A stretch of 64,000 nt of DNA from Octopus sinensis (Eukaryota), in contig NC_042999.1 in assembly GCF_006345805.1 (NCBI RefSeq), positions 58,466,001 through 58,530,000 on the forward strand, written 5' to 3'. The notes beneath the pieces are model-generated. The model was not told the origin of the DNA. It ran no database searches and saw nothing but the letters and a program-made list of their open reading frames with translations. The position numbers were made by a program, and so were the translations under genes. Of this stretch, positions 1-11,817 are shown piece after piece; position 1 is the first letter of the stretch, and each line of letters starts with the position of its first letter.

Positions 1-495
1 AATCTGGCGTGTGATTGAGTGGATTTCATCCAGATAGTTTTGGCTGACGAAGCTACAAGTGGATTTTTTTGTAAGTAAAATTACATTTAATTCATTAATA
101 GCGAAACAATTGTCCCAAAATAATCTGTATTTTTGTTATTTTTTATTTGCCCTGTCCGTGTGAGCTAACATCGTACTGACTTTCATGGAAACATGTATTT
201 TTGTGGGTGAAACCTTTGGATTAACTGGTGCTAGAGTGAGCAATATAGTGACCACTCTCTTATATTTATTTTGTAAAAATATTATAATATATTATAAAAT
301 ATTATAATAAATCCAGTTTCTCGGAGCACTAGGCCACTTGGTGTTGAATAGATATACTATTAAATTAGTATCTAATTCTCTCACCCTTATTAATTAATTA
401 TATATATATATATATACATACACCAATGCAGTCCGAAGATGGCAGAAACTTTCGAAGTCTCTGTCAATGATATTCTTATTGAAGAAGAATAAATG

Positions 496-533
<38 letters not shown>

Positions 534-1697
534 CACATGTCGTTTTACATACACACTGGTGCATATATATGTATATTCAATGATGCATGTATACATTTAT
601 ACATTCAATATATATATATATATGTGTGTGTGTATATATATACACACACACACCACACACACACTTATACATACATATAATATATATATATTATATATAT
701 ATATATATATAATGTATTTGTATATGTATATTTACATACTTGGGATGCTTTCTTTGACTTAAGTATAAAATCCAATCCTTGCAGGAGGTTTGAAAAGAAA
801 ATGCAACTGTATCTGCCTTATTGAAGTATCTGGTTGTATTCCAAAGCTATCAAACTAACTCACAGTACGCGGCATGTTTCCGTCCTGCCACACAAACATA
901 TGTTATCTCTTCGAAGTCGAGTTCCCAGAACACACATCCTATCCTCTTTCTCCCAAGTTTCATTCTTCTGGGACTCTTTTTAGCGTTAAAACTTTTCGAA
1001 AATAATACTAACTGTGTTAAACTAACACAAAAGTCGACCAATGTGCTTAGAGTGTGTTTTAGGTTTCATTCGAAAGTAAAACAAAATCAAAATAAACTAT
1101 ATAAGTCAAATAACTTCAAAACTTCAAATGCTTATCGTATACGTGATTAAATGGAATCCTACAATCTAACTTGACTAACCATCATAAATACATCAAGCGC
1201 AAGAAGAAATGGAACAGGTCCAAAAATAAACATTCTGTTTTTAATAGAAAAAACATAAAACGTGGATGATTTCACTTGAAATAGTGATAAAGAGCGACTG
1301 TCGGTAGTTGAAAGATTCTGGTAACTACAGTAAAAAAAAATTAAAAAAAAAAGCAAAACAATATTTATAGAATACAACCTTTGGAAAGGAAGTTTTAACT
1401 CATAAAACAATACGAAACGACATATCAATGAACAATTTTGGGTAAATATTTAGTTACAGAAATATTTACTTCCCATCCCTCGTTATACTGCGCCATCTCA
1501 AACCCACATTATTTTTATCACAGTCAAATAAAATTCTGACTTGTAGTCATAAATTATACCACACATCGTTGTCTGAATGGGTTGACATAAGCATATACAT
1601 ATATGCCTATATGTATGCACAATGAAAATGTCATAAACACACACACACACACACACACACATGCACATACATATATATGTATACATATTAATATTTG

Positions 1698-1738
<41 letters not shown>

Positions 1739-1818
1739 GTATATATATACATTGTTGTATTTAGGAATGGTCATTCCAACAATATCTGTTTCAACACACG
1801 ATTTCACATAAAAAATCT

Positions 1819-1855
<37 letters not shown>

Positions 1856-1875
1856 TATATATATATATATATATA

Positions 1876-2330
1876 GTTAATCCAAACAAGAAAGCACAAA
1901 AAAAACAAGAAACGCGAGGACGTGGAACAAATATAGTATTATTGGACGCTCAGGAAAGACGGAAAGAAGGAGGGTTTAACGTTTCGAGCGGAGCTCTTCG
2001 TCGGAAATATAGGAAAAGGAAAGATCCAAAGAAGGGAAGACGGAGGAAAAAAATCGCCAACGGTACACACGCGTTCAGTAGTGAATGTCTGTGTAGGTGT
2101 AAGTGGTGGCGACACAAGTGGAAAAGTGGAAAAGTGGAAGTAGAAGAAGAAAGGTAAAAGAGGACGAGGAAAAAGTGGAAGAGTCAAGGACAATTGTTTT
2201 GATTTCCAATCACGATTTCAGTGGCGTACTCCGGAAGAATGGTAACAATAATCCGTAGGTGTAACAATCCAGGAATTGGTATCCAAGGCACTCAGAGGGT
2301 CGGGGTCCGTGTGAGCGTGCGGTATATAAA
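1876..2330 (-). repeat. Interspersed repeat flanked by (TA)n, probably a PLE pseudo-LTR fragment, with a variant hammerhead-like motif at 1976-2007
   Basis: Minus strand reads TTT-CCGACGA-A-GAGC-TCC-GCTC-GAAACGTT-AAA. A related motif with the same GAGC/GCTC stem and flanking 'acgctcaggaa' occurs at 32070-32220. Confidence 0.45.
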
Positions 2331-2468
2331 GTTATATATATATATGTGTATGTATATATATATAGCATACAGAAAATAGCACTACTACCAGTAGTCTAAC
2401 AATTGTCATTCCGTAATACTGACATAGCCGTACCTGCCTTTTGGGTCTTCTGGATACCAAACCCCCTC

Positions 2469-2859
<391 letters not shown>

Positions 2860-2899
2860 AGTATTACGGAAGGACCATTGTTAGACTTCCGGTAGTAGT

Positions 2900-3195
2900 G
2901 CTATTTTCTGTATGCTATATATATTTGTAAGTCCTGGTGTTTTTATTATGTATTTGTCTGAATATATTTTTATCATACCTAATGCGCCCACTATGATAGG
3001 AATTGTTTCTGTTTTCAGACTCCACTTTCGAGTTACCTCTATATCCAAGTTTTTGTATTTTGAAAGTTTCTCCATTTCTGTTAGATAAACATTGTCGTCT
3101 GTTGGTATTGATACATCATTTAGAAAACATTTTTTTCTTCACGATCTCTGACAACTATATCTGGCCTATTGGCCTTAATTTCTCTATTTGTGTGT
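2900..3195 (-). mobile_element. R4/Dong-like non-LTR retrotransposon, restriction-like endonuclease (REL) fragment
   Basis: Minus strand translates ANRPDIVVRD...DVSIPTDD...EKLSKYK...IPIIVGALG...SIQKIALL, the PD..D..EK REL signature. Confidence 0.8.
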
Positions 3196-3308
3196 ATTAG
3201 CATATCTTGCTTTCTCGTTTTCTGTTCAAAATTACGAATATTCATATGCAAATTTTGTATATAAGCAGATATTTACATACGGTACGTATCTATTCACTAA
3301 ATCTTTCT

Positions 3309-3653
3309 TATTTCTTTACTGCCCACAAGGGTCTAAACACAGAGGGGACAAACAAGGACAGACAAAGGGATTAAGTCGATTACATCAACCCCAGTGCGTA
3401 CCTGGTATTTAATTTATCGTAGGGTTGTGAGCTGGCAGAAACGTTAGCACGCCGGACGAAATGCCTAGCCGTATTTCGTCTGCCGTTACGTTCTGAGTTC
3501 AAATTCCGCTGAGGTCGACTTTACCTTTCATCTTTTCGGGGTCGATAAATTAAGTGCCAGTTGCGCACTGGGGTCGATGTAATCGACTTAATCCGTTTGT
3601 CTATCCTTGTTTGTCCCCTCTGTGTTTAGCCCCTTGTGGGCAGTAAAGAAATA
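3309..3653. mobile_element. tRNA-derived SINE family A: inverted 3' fragment (3309-3419, minus) joined to a near-full copy (3421-3653, plus)
   Basis: A-box-like TGGCAGAAACGTTAG and B-box GAGTTCAAATTCC, core GCCTTTCATC..GGGGTCGATAAATTAAG, 3' end GTAAAGAAATA. The left part is the reverse complement of the right 3' end. Confidence 0.85.
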
Positions 3654-4119
3654 AGAAAGATTTAGTGAATAGATACATAAAGAAATAAGTACTTAATAGA
3701 TACGTAAAGAAATATGTATTTAATTTTTTTTATATATATTTTTAATATATTTTTTATAATTAAAATTAGTCAGACCTCTCTATTTCTGTGATACGAAAGA
3801 ATCAATCTCAGTAATTATGATAATTAATTTTTTAAAATTATCATCGTATTATGAGAGACATTCTGAAAGCGTTATAACTTAAATACTTTTGAATAATGAT
3901 AAATTACTTAGTTTTCTATGAGAATACATAGATATAGCAGTAACACGCCTAAATTAAAGGCACTTATTAAAGCAATGGTTTGGCAGAAACATTCGCGCTT
4001 CGAAAACGAAAACAAAAATCCCCTGCGGTAAGTGCTCCCGTTTTTTTCTTTCTTTCTATTTTTTTTTACTCACAGGCTTCAAATTCTTTTGTGCAGTTTA
4101 TATTTCGGGTTCACTTTTA

Positions 4120-4385
4120 TTCTATGCTATCGGTCTGTTTTGCCGAACCGCTAAGTTACGGGGACGTAAACACACCAGCATCGGTTGTCAATCGATGTTG
4201 GGGGGAAGGGGGTGGACAAATATAGACACACAAACACACACACATACATATGTATATATATATATATATATATAAATACATACGACGGGCTTCTTTCAGT
4301 TTCCGTCTACCAAATCCACTCACAAGGCTTTGGTTGGCCCGAAGCTTTAGTAGAAGACACTTGCACAAGGATTGAACCCGGTTCT
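4120..4385 (-). mobile_element. tRNA-derived SINE family B (CORE-like), partial
   Basis: Matches copies at 45511-48502 and 57417-57796 (caaatccactcacaaggctttgg, gacgggcttctttcagtttccgtctac). Confidence 0.8.
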
Positions 4386-4554
4386 TTAAAATAAATTGTC
4401 ATTTAATTACTGTGTTTTTGCTTTTTACTTTACATGATCTTTCGGACTCAAAGTCGGCCACCCGGTTTCTGTAGCGTATAAATAACCGAGATCACTACAT
4501 CCTGCTGAACGGGATACCCGTTTGTTTCAGGATTCAATGTCGACAATTCTGAGG

Positions 4555-4735
4555 GGATGGGATAAATCAATTACATAAACACCGCCTCCAGAGTACTTGA
4601 CTGGTACTTTATTTACCTCGAAGAGATGAAAGGCAGAGATGGCTTCGGCGGAGATTGAACCCAGAAACGTAGAGTCTGAAAAAATGCCACTAAGCATTTT
4701 GTCCGATGTGCTATCGATTCTGCCGGCAGTGCACC
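4555..4735 (-). mobile_element. Degenerate SINE family A
   Basis: gatgaaaggcaga...ttgaacccagaaacgt...gattctgcc aligns with family A by eye. Confidence 0.6.
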
Positions 4736-5036
4736 TCAAGTTCTAGGGTCGATTTAATTAACTGTCGATCTGTGCCCTTGGGCTAGCATGTTACAGTCGA
4801 GTCCAAATACCTTCACCACCGTGCAATTCCGACGACAAGTGGTGTAACACCCTGGCTGGAATATACTTCCGTCAGATCAATCTTATTTATCTGTAGCATT
4901 CTAAATTGTAGCCATCGCGATGCACATATACGCACGCACACTCACATGCTCATAGACATGCTTCCTTCTAAAAGTAGACACCACTGAAGATGAGAACGCG
5001 AAAGAAAAAAAAAAAGGTTAAGATGTATAGCAATAC

Positions 5037-5456
5037 TATTTCTTTATTACCCACAAAGGGCTAAACACAGAGAGGACAAGCAAGGACAGACAAAGGGATT
5101 AAGTCGATTATATCGACCCCAGTGCGTAACTGGTACTTATTTAATCGACCCTGAAAGGATGAAAGGCAAAGTCGACCTCGGCGGAATTTGAACTCAGAAC
5201 GTAACGGCAGACGAAATACCTATTTCTTTACTACCCACAAGGGGCTAAACACAGAGAGGACAAGCAAGGACAGACAAAGGGATTAAGTAGTCGATTATAT
5301 CGACCCCAGTTCGTAACTGGTACTTATTTAATCGACCCTGAAAGGATGAAAGGCAAAGTCTACCTCGGCCCAATTTGAACTCAGAACGTAACGGCAGACG
5401 AAATACGGCTACGCATTTCGCCCGGCCTACTAACGGTTCTGCCAGCTCGACGCCTT
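5037..5456 (-). mobile_element. SINE family A dimer (head plus two bodies, 184-bp period) with 21-bp TSD
   Basis: Body repeats at 5037 and 5221. Flanks GGTTAAGATGTATAGCAATAC (5016-5036) and GGTTAATATGTATAGCAATAC (5457-5477), 1 mismatch. Confidence 0.9.
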
Positions 5457-8140
5457 GGTTAATATGTATAGCAATACATCTTCATGAGTGTTTTCTTTTT
5501 GTATAGTGGCGAAAGAGCGATATATATGAAAAGAAGTGTATTTATAACTATTAAAACATAGTTATCTTCATATCTCGACATTTGTTAAAACAATTATACA
5601 AATACAAGCAGTGTATGTTTAATTAATTATGTAGTAGATCAAAACTAACTTAAGGAATATACACCAAAGATTCCTAAGAGTCCTGGCGCGCAGATACTTT
5701 CCCTGTAAATTCCTTTGAGGGTACAACACTTGCCAAAATATTCGGGAAATATTTAAAGGCATAATATGAATCATTGAAATTCTTGTAAGTGAGAACTTTT
5801 CGTCATTTAAACTCTAAGTTAGAATATAGGATACCTAACAGGTTTACTTTAGTATGGTTAGGTCAACTAGTGCTTAACACAGAATTCCCTGTCAGATTGC
5901 CAAATCTAGAAAACATAAAAATTATTAATTGTTAAATATTGAGACTGAGAGCGATTTCATGTCTTAAACTCAATATGTATTTGTATAGCTCTTTATATAA
6001 TTAGCTTATGGCTACTGTAGAATTATTTCTGAGATCATAATAACTTTCAAAACTGAGATGAATAAAAGAAGAGCGTTGTAGTTTGCTTGAAGCATTCTAA
6101 TATAACAGCCAAATAGCAAATAATGAAGACGGACAGCTCCTAACAATGTGAAAAGGGTGTAGAACGGTTTAGAAGCGTGAGTTCGTGTATGTCCTGCTAT
6201 TTTGATTCCTTACCAGGCAGTGAAGATGCACCTTTGTGCCTGAAATATATATGAAAGTTACTTAACTTTCCCTTTTCGCATTGTTAGATGAATAAATATT
6301 TATTCGAACCTTCGGCTCGGTGGTCTTTGGCCATGTGTACGGAAAATTTGGGTCATGAAAGTTTAAAGCAATGGTTTTATCAAAGAAAGTAATCCACCCA
6401 AGTTTTGAAAAAAAAAAAAAAAACTTTGGGAATCTAATCTGCCTATGGTAATGGAACTTGATATTCTGGGTGTTACCACGGACATGCAGGTGATCACAAC
6501 AAAATATATATACAATCTCTGTAACAGAGCTGCACAGAAACATGGAATGGAATGTAATGACTGATTAGAAGGAAGGTCACCATTACCAACGTGAAAGTCT
6601 GAAATAGCAGAAAGCTCAGCTTTCTATCCTGAATTAATGCTTAATGACTCACTTAATTTAACCCAGGAGAAATTTCTTAAAAACATTAAACTTGATAGTG
6701 ATGATACTGCGACGAGATTTCTTCATTAAAATAATATGTTGCTTGAAGAATATCTATTAAATAGATACAAACTATGAGCCATTGGGACTATGATACCATT
6801 GCAGTATGATATACGTATCATATTTCATCCACTTTCTGCCAAGATCGAAGTTCAGTACTTTCATATTCCACAAGCCCCATCCACGCTTGTTGCCACGATA
6901 CAAGCAATTGCAACGAGGTTCTAAATTTGAGATTTAATATATCAATTTATTGAATAAATTAAAATTATAGTGCAGTGTAGAATGAGCATAATCATGGATA
7001 TTATGGTGGACTCCAGACATTTTGGTATCATTAGTCCTCACCAGCGAAGCGTAGCCGGGTTGGAAAGACCATGATGGAAATTACGCATAACAAACGGAGA
7101 TAATTTCCTGACAAACAAAAGCTCGATCTATTCCAGTACAGTTTTCATTTCAATTATCAATAATTCTTCTTACCTAGAACTGAATGTATAAACCTCTCTT
7201 TTGTGATCACCGTGTTCTTAGTGTTTATAAGAGAAAACACGTATTTGTTTACTTGTGAACAGTGCAGCAATATCTGAACGTTAAAATGTATTAGCATATC
7301 AGATAAACAACAAAACCTTATTTGGAACTTTTTAAATGGCTTACTCAGATGTAAGAAGGCAGTATCCATGATCATCTGCAGTCGAAGGAAAGGAGCAAGT
7401 TATCCTAAAATCAGAAATCCATGTGGAATGCAGTAAAAGTACCCCAAAATGGGTGTTTAACTAGGGGACGGGTTAAGTCTAACACTAAAGGACAGGAATG
7501 CTCCCTTCCTCAGGCTACGCCGCAGCTTCCAATTTGCCAAATTTTACCCACAAGTCTTTGACTGATTTAAAACTATAACGAGATTGAACTTAAAACTACT
7601 TGGTTGTAGGGCAAACTTCTTAGCCACCCAGCCTATAACGAACTACATAAATTTACTCCATCTAATTCTATAAACTGCCAATATCTCTTAACATCATGAT
7701 AATAACGTAAACAAATGAAGTTGCTGGTAATGTATTCAAAAGGGAAAATAATAGGATTATACAAGTTTTAACATCTAATCAGGTGAATGAAATAATATCT
7801 CTTATTATAAAAGGCAGATTTTATCTGCCTCCCTTTGGGAGTTATACAAATCTACAATATAGGATTTCTTCAATTACAATTTACCTAGCAATTTTAAGAG
7901 TACAATGCATCGCGTCATGCCAGGTCCAGTTTTTAAAATTTAAACTCCAATTAAGCAAAATTTACAGAAAACTCACATTCTGGTGTGTGTGTCAAATGCT
8001 TTTCTTAGTCTGGTTTACACCACACGCAAACGCAACACACACACAAAGGGAGCGAATTGTTTCACTGACGCTATCACCCTTCTCCTCCTTTGTCTTTGCA
8101 AGTTGGCAGCTATTAAAGTGAAAACAGTGAATCCGACAGC

Positions 8141-8330
8141 GATAAAGAAAACGAATTGGTACCTGAATGGAGTGAAAATTTAAAAACTGTTTCTTTCGGT
8201 GAGTTTTCTGAAGAAACTGGACCAAGCCACAGACTTTCCCAGAAGAGTAAAGCCTTAGACTATTTCTATTTACTTTTTCGAATGAGCCTATTTGAAATCA
8301 TTACGCTAAACGTAAACAAACCGAAAGAAA
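8141..8330 (+). pseudogene. piggyBac-like transposase N-terminal remnant
   Basis: Translates FGEFSEETGPSHRLSQKSKALDYFYLLFRMSLFEII, resembling the PGBD F.E..GP...LP...PLD(Y/F)F.L.F motif (recalled, not searched). Confidence 0.55.
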
Positions 8331-8401
8331 GGATAGTTTGTTATTTCCCACAATCTAAATGAAATTAAGGCCTATTTTGCCATAAATATTATTATGGGTA
8401 T

Positions 8402-8773
8402 CAGAAAGTTACCCAGAATAACAAATTCTATTGTAAAATTTTGTTGTATACCCAATTGAATATTAGCTAATAACCCATTTTCTATAGCGATGTTTGAACA
8501 AAATTTTAATAATTTTACAGAAAATTACCCAGAATAACAAATTCTATCGTAAAATTTTGTTGTATACCCAATTGAATATTAGCTAATAACCCATTTTCTA
8601 TAGCGATGTTTGAACAAAATTTTAATAATTTTACAGAAAGTTACCCAGAATAACAAATTCTATCGTAAAATTTTGTTGTATACCCAATTGAATATTAGCT
8701 AATAACCCATTTTCTATAGCGATGTTTGAACAAAATTTTAATAATTTTACAGAAAGTTACCCAGAATAACAAA
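8402..8773. repeat. 116-bp minisatellite, ~3.2 copies
   Basis: ACCCAGAATA recurs at 8411, 8527, 8643 and 8759; units nearly identical. Confidence 0.95.
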
Positions 8774-9053
8774 CGAGCCCTTCTGGGTATTAGCGCGCGT
8801 CTACGATGAGTCTACGATTTAAAAAAAAATTACCATCATATTTTTCCATTTTAATGCATTTTTTTCGCTTTTATATAAGGGAAGTAACTCTCTAAAAATA
8901 TCTACGATGTGTCAACGATTTAAAGAAAAATTTACCTTAATTTTTTTTCAATTTTTAATGCATTTTTTTGCTACTTTTTGGCTATAACTCTCTAAAAATG
9001 CTTATATAGTTATTTCCCTTACAATCCGAGCAACGCCGGGCGATACTGCTAGT
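8774..9053 (-). mobile_element. Non-autonomous Helentron/HINE-like element
   Basis: Minus-strand terminus ACTAGCAGTATCGCCCGGCGTTGCTCGG (ACTAG plus short GC hairpin), internal ~95-bp duplication, no ORF. Confidence 0.5.
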
Positions 9054-9336
9054 GTATTATAGTTGTGACGAATCGTATATGTCGAATATCCACATCAACA
9101 TGACACTCCTTTCTTGTGCTCCTTTTAACCTTTTATCAAGTTGACGGATTAGATTTTACTGGACGTTCTTGAGGAATATTCCTAATGTAACTTAGATTTA
9201 TGTCTGATTAATACTCCATTGATTTCGACTTCGAAATATAGGGTATAATTGTAGTGCTATACAACCGAGCTGATGTGGAAGCTTCTACATGTTCGCGCGG
9301 TTTGTTAGAAAGAGCAAGAAAATCTTACTCGAATTA

Positions 9337-9652
9337 AAACGATAAACGTCGCCCTTTTCAAGCCTATCCAGGCTCACGGGCCCGGTTCCCCGGTTTCTGT
9401 GGCGTATTTGTCCCCCCCACAGCTGGACGGGACGCTAGTCCATCGCAGCGTTACTCAAGAAACAGGAAAAGAGAGTGAGAGAAAGCTGTGGCGAAAGAGT
9501 ACAACAGGGGTCGCCCCGCCTCTGCCGGAGCCTCATGGAGCTTTTAGGTGTTTTCGCTCAATAAACACACACCACGCCCGGTCTGGGAATCGAAACCGCG
9601 ATCCTTCGACCGCGATTCCGCTGCCCTAACCACTGGGCCATTGCGCCTCCAC
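9337..9652 (-). mobile_element. tRNA-derived SINE family C with 11-bp TSD
   Basis: Head GGAGGCGCAATGGCCCAGTGGTTAGGG...GGTTTCGATTCCC; TSD TACTCGAATTA at 9326-9336 and 9653-9663. Confidence 0.88.
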
Positions 9653-10429
9653 TACTCGAATTACACTTACTTAAAAAACGAAATGAGTTTCTTAATTAGA
9701 CACTGTCCTTCCTGATAGAAAAAAAAAGGCTGGTTACCTCTTTGAGAAGAGATCTCCCTGAAAATGGTATTTAGTGTTGTTAAACAGCAACAATATCAAC
9801 AACAACAATAACTGCTGCTATACAATAGTTCTCAGAGAAATTAGTACCAGTCGATATGGTTATTCGTAGAAACCTTGATGTTTTAGAATTGCAGATTGGT
9901 GGCATCTGTAGGGAATCGGACAAAATGCTTTTGGTAATTTAGTTTTAATTTCGTTGCTTTATTCTTTGATTTCAAAACCCATCATCGATTTTGCCATTCA
10001 TCGTTACAAGCTTTAAGTGCTGAAGGCAATATAATCGACGATACTCCTTCTGAAGTTAGCGGTTTTATGTTTCATGATAGAATAAATTTAGAATGGGATA
10101 ATATTTATAAGATACCCCTAGAGTACTCCAACCCATCCCTCTACGCTCTGAATAGTATCAGGAATTCTTTCTATTAACAAGAAGCAGGTTTCTAACAAGG
10201 AAACGAAGCTTCATCGAATGCATAATTTAAAAAAAATAGGAAATGTTTTGCTTACTTTCAATTTCGCGCTCAATTTTGATTTCCCAAGGGCAATGTATTT
10301 ACATTCTTTGCATGAAATCTCCACCGTATTATGTCTATTTTGAATATATTTCACTAAAATTATTGTTAGAAGGACTGGGCTTCAACCTAGAAACAATTCT
10401 CTTTAATCTGAATTTTCACAATTTAAAGT

Positions 10430-10515
10430 TGGTATGTATGTATGTATGTATGTATGTATGTATGTATGTATGTATGTATGCATGTATGTATGTATGTATG
10501 TATATATAAATATAT

Positions 10516-10559
<44 letters not shown>

Positions 10560-10900
10560 GCATGTATGCATAAATATATATATGCAGGAATGTATATAAA
10601 TATATACGCAAGTATGTATATATGTATATATATGTATATATATATATGTGTATATATATATGTGTGTATATATGTGTATATATATCTATGTATGTACATA
10701 TATATACATGTATATATATGCATATATATATGTACATATATATTTATATATATATCTATGTATATATGTATATATATAAATATGTATATATATATATATA
10801 CGTATCTATGTATGTATGTATATATATATGTATGTATATATATATATATATGCGTGTGTGTATATATATATATACATACCTATATATATATGTTCTCTAT
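10430..10900. repeat. Compound (TATG)n/(CA)n/(TA)n microsatellite field
   Basis: Direct reading; source of the YVCM/IYIY pseudo-ORFs. Confidence 0.95.
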
Positions 10901-10968
10901 TTAATATCGAGGCCATTCTTTTGTTGGTACTTTTTATTGTCATTATATATGTCCATATATGTATATAT

Positions 10969-11698
10969 CTCCTTTACTGATGAACGCGTTGGCCTTTGGA
11001 AGATTGACTTGATTAAGTTTAATTTAATTTAATCGGGCTGGTTTACCATTAAAAAACGCTGAAACAATGCATTGTCTAAAGAAGAATAGGGTAAATGATT
11101 TTTAAAAATTTTTCTCTGATTTCGGAATTACTACTATTTGCGGTTGGAGCCCTGGCTGCTGTTTCTAGTGGGTCGAACGGCCTATTATAGCCGTTCCTCA
11201 ATTGCTGTTGAATTTATTAATAGTCTCTGACTATTTCCTCTTTCTCACTAGACAGCTGGTGGCAAAATAATTTCTATTGAAATTTTTGCTACCCTAATAT
11301 TGATTAATTGATAATTTTCCGATTAATTCTGAAATTGAATCGGCAGTTTATATTTGCTGCCAATAAGTTGGCGCGAGTACGATGATTTTGAAAATTTTAG
11401 GTCAGATATTACCGAGGCATGAAGGTAGCTGCCTCGTGTAATTTCTGTCTCTTCTGGCTCCTTTACTGATGAACGCGTTGGCCTTTGGAAGATTGACTTG
11501 ATTAAGTTTAATTTAATTTAATCGGGCTGGCTTACCATTAAAAAACGCTGAAACAATGCATTGTCTAAAGAAGAACAGGGTAAATGTTTTTAAAAATTTT
11601 TCTCTGATTTCGGAATTACTACTATTTGCGGTTGGAGCCCTGGCTGCTGTTTCTAGTGGGTCAAACGCCCTATTATAGCCGTTCCTCAATTGTTGTTG
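10969..11698. repeat. ~240-bp direct repeat (10969-11210 and 11458-11698) with ~245-bp spacer
   Basis: ctcctttactgatgaacgcg...ccgttcctcaattg present twice, period 489, few substitutions; bounded by TA-rich tracts. Confidence 0.9.
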
Positions 11699-11736
<38 letters not shown>

Positions 11737-11817
11737 ATAATAAATATTAGGGAATAAATCCAAATTTACAGGGAAAAAATCAGATTTAGGATTAAATCCA
11801 ATTTTATAGTAAAATAT

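Noticed and set aside
390-1876. [12 protein letters not shown] ORFs here and at 10403-11032, 32748-33062, 38225-38561, 47378-48498, 56358-56775
   Set aside because: Translations of dinucleotide and tetranucleotide microsatellites.
6262-6543. 93-aa minus-strand ORF (…DPNFPYTWPKTTEPKVR…)
   Set aside because: Crosses a poly-A run, has no clear exon boundaries and no recognisable motif.
8402-8773. CRISPR-like array
   Set aside because: Eukaryotic context; contiguous identical units with no unique spacers.
9560-9652. tRNA genes at SINE heads (also 34131, 43174, 57417)
   Set aside because: A/B boxes are present but there is no complete cloverleaf, and each continues into a SINE body with TSD or tail.
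10977-11010. CTGATGA as a hammerhead core
   Set aside because: No stem II closing onto GAAA (followed by GGAAG), and no stem I/III pairing found.
11741-11760. TTAGGG as a telomeric seed at the PLE end
   Set aside because: Single hexamer only; no telomeric array anywhere near the element.
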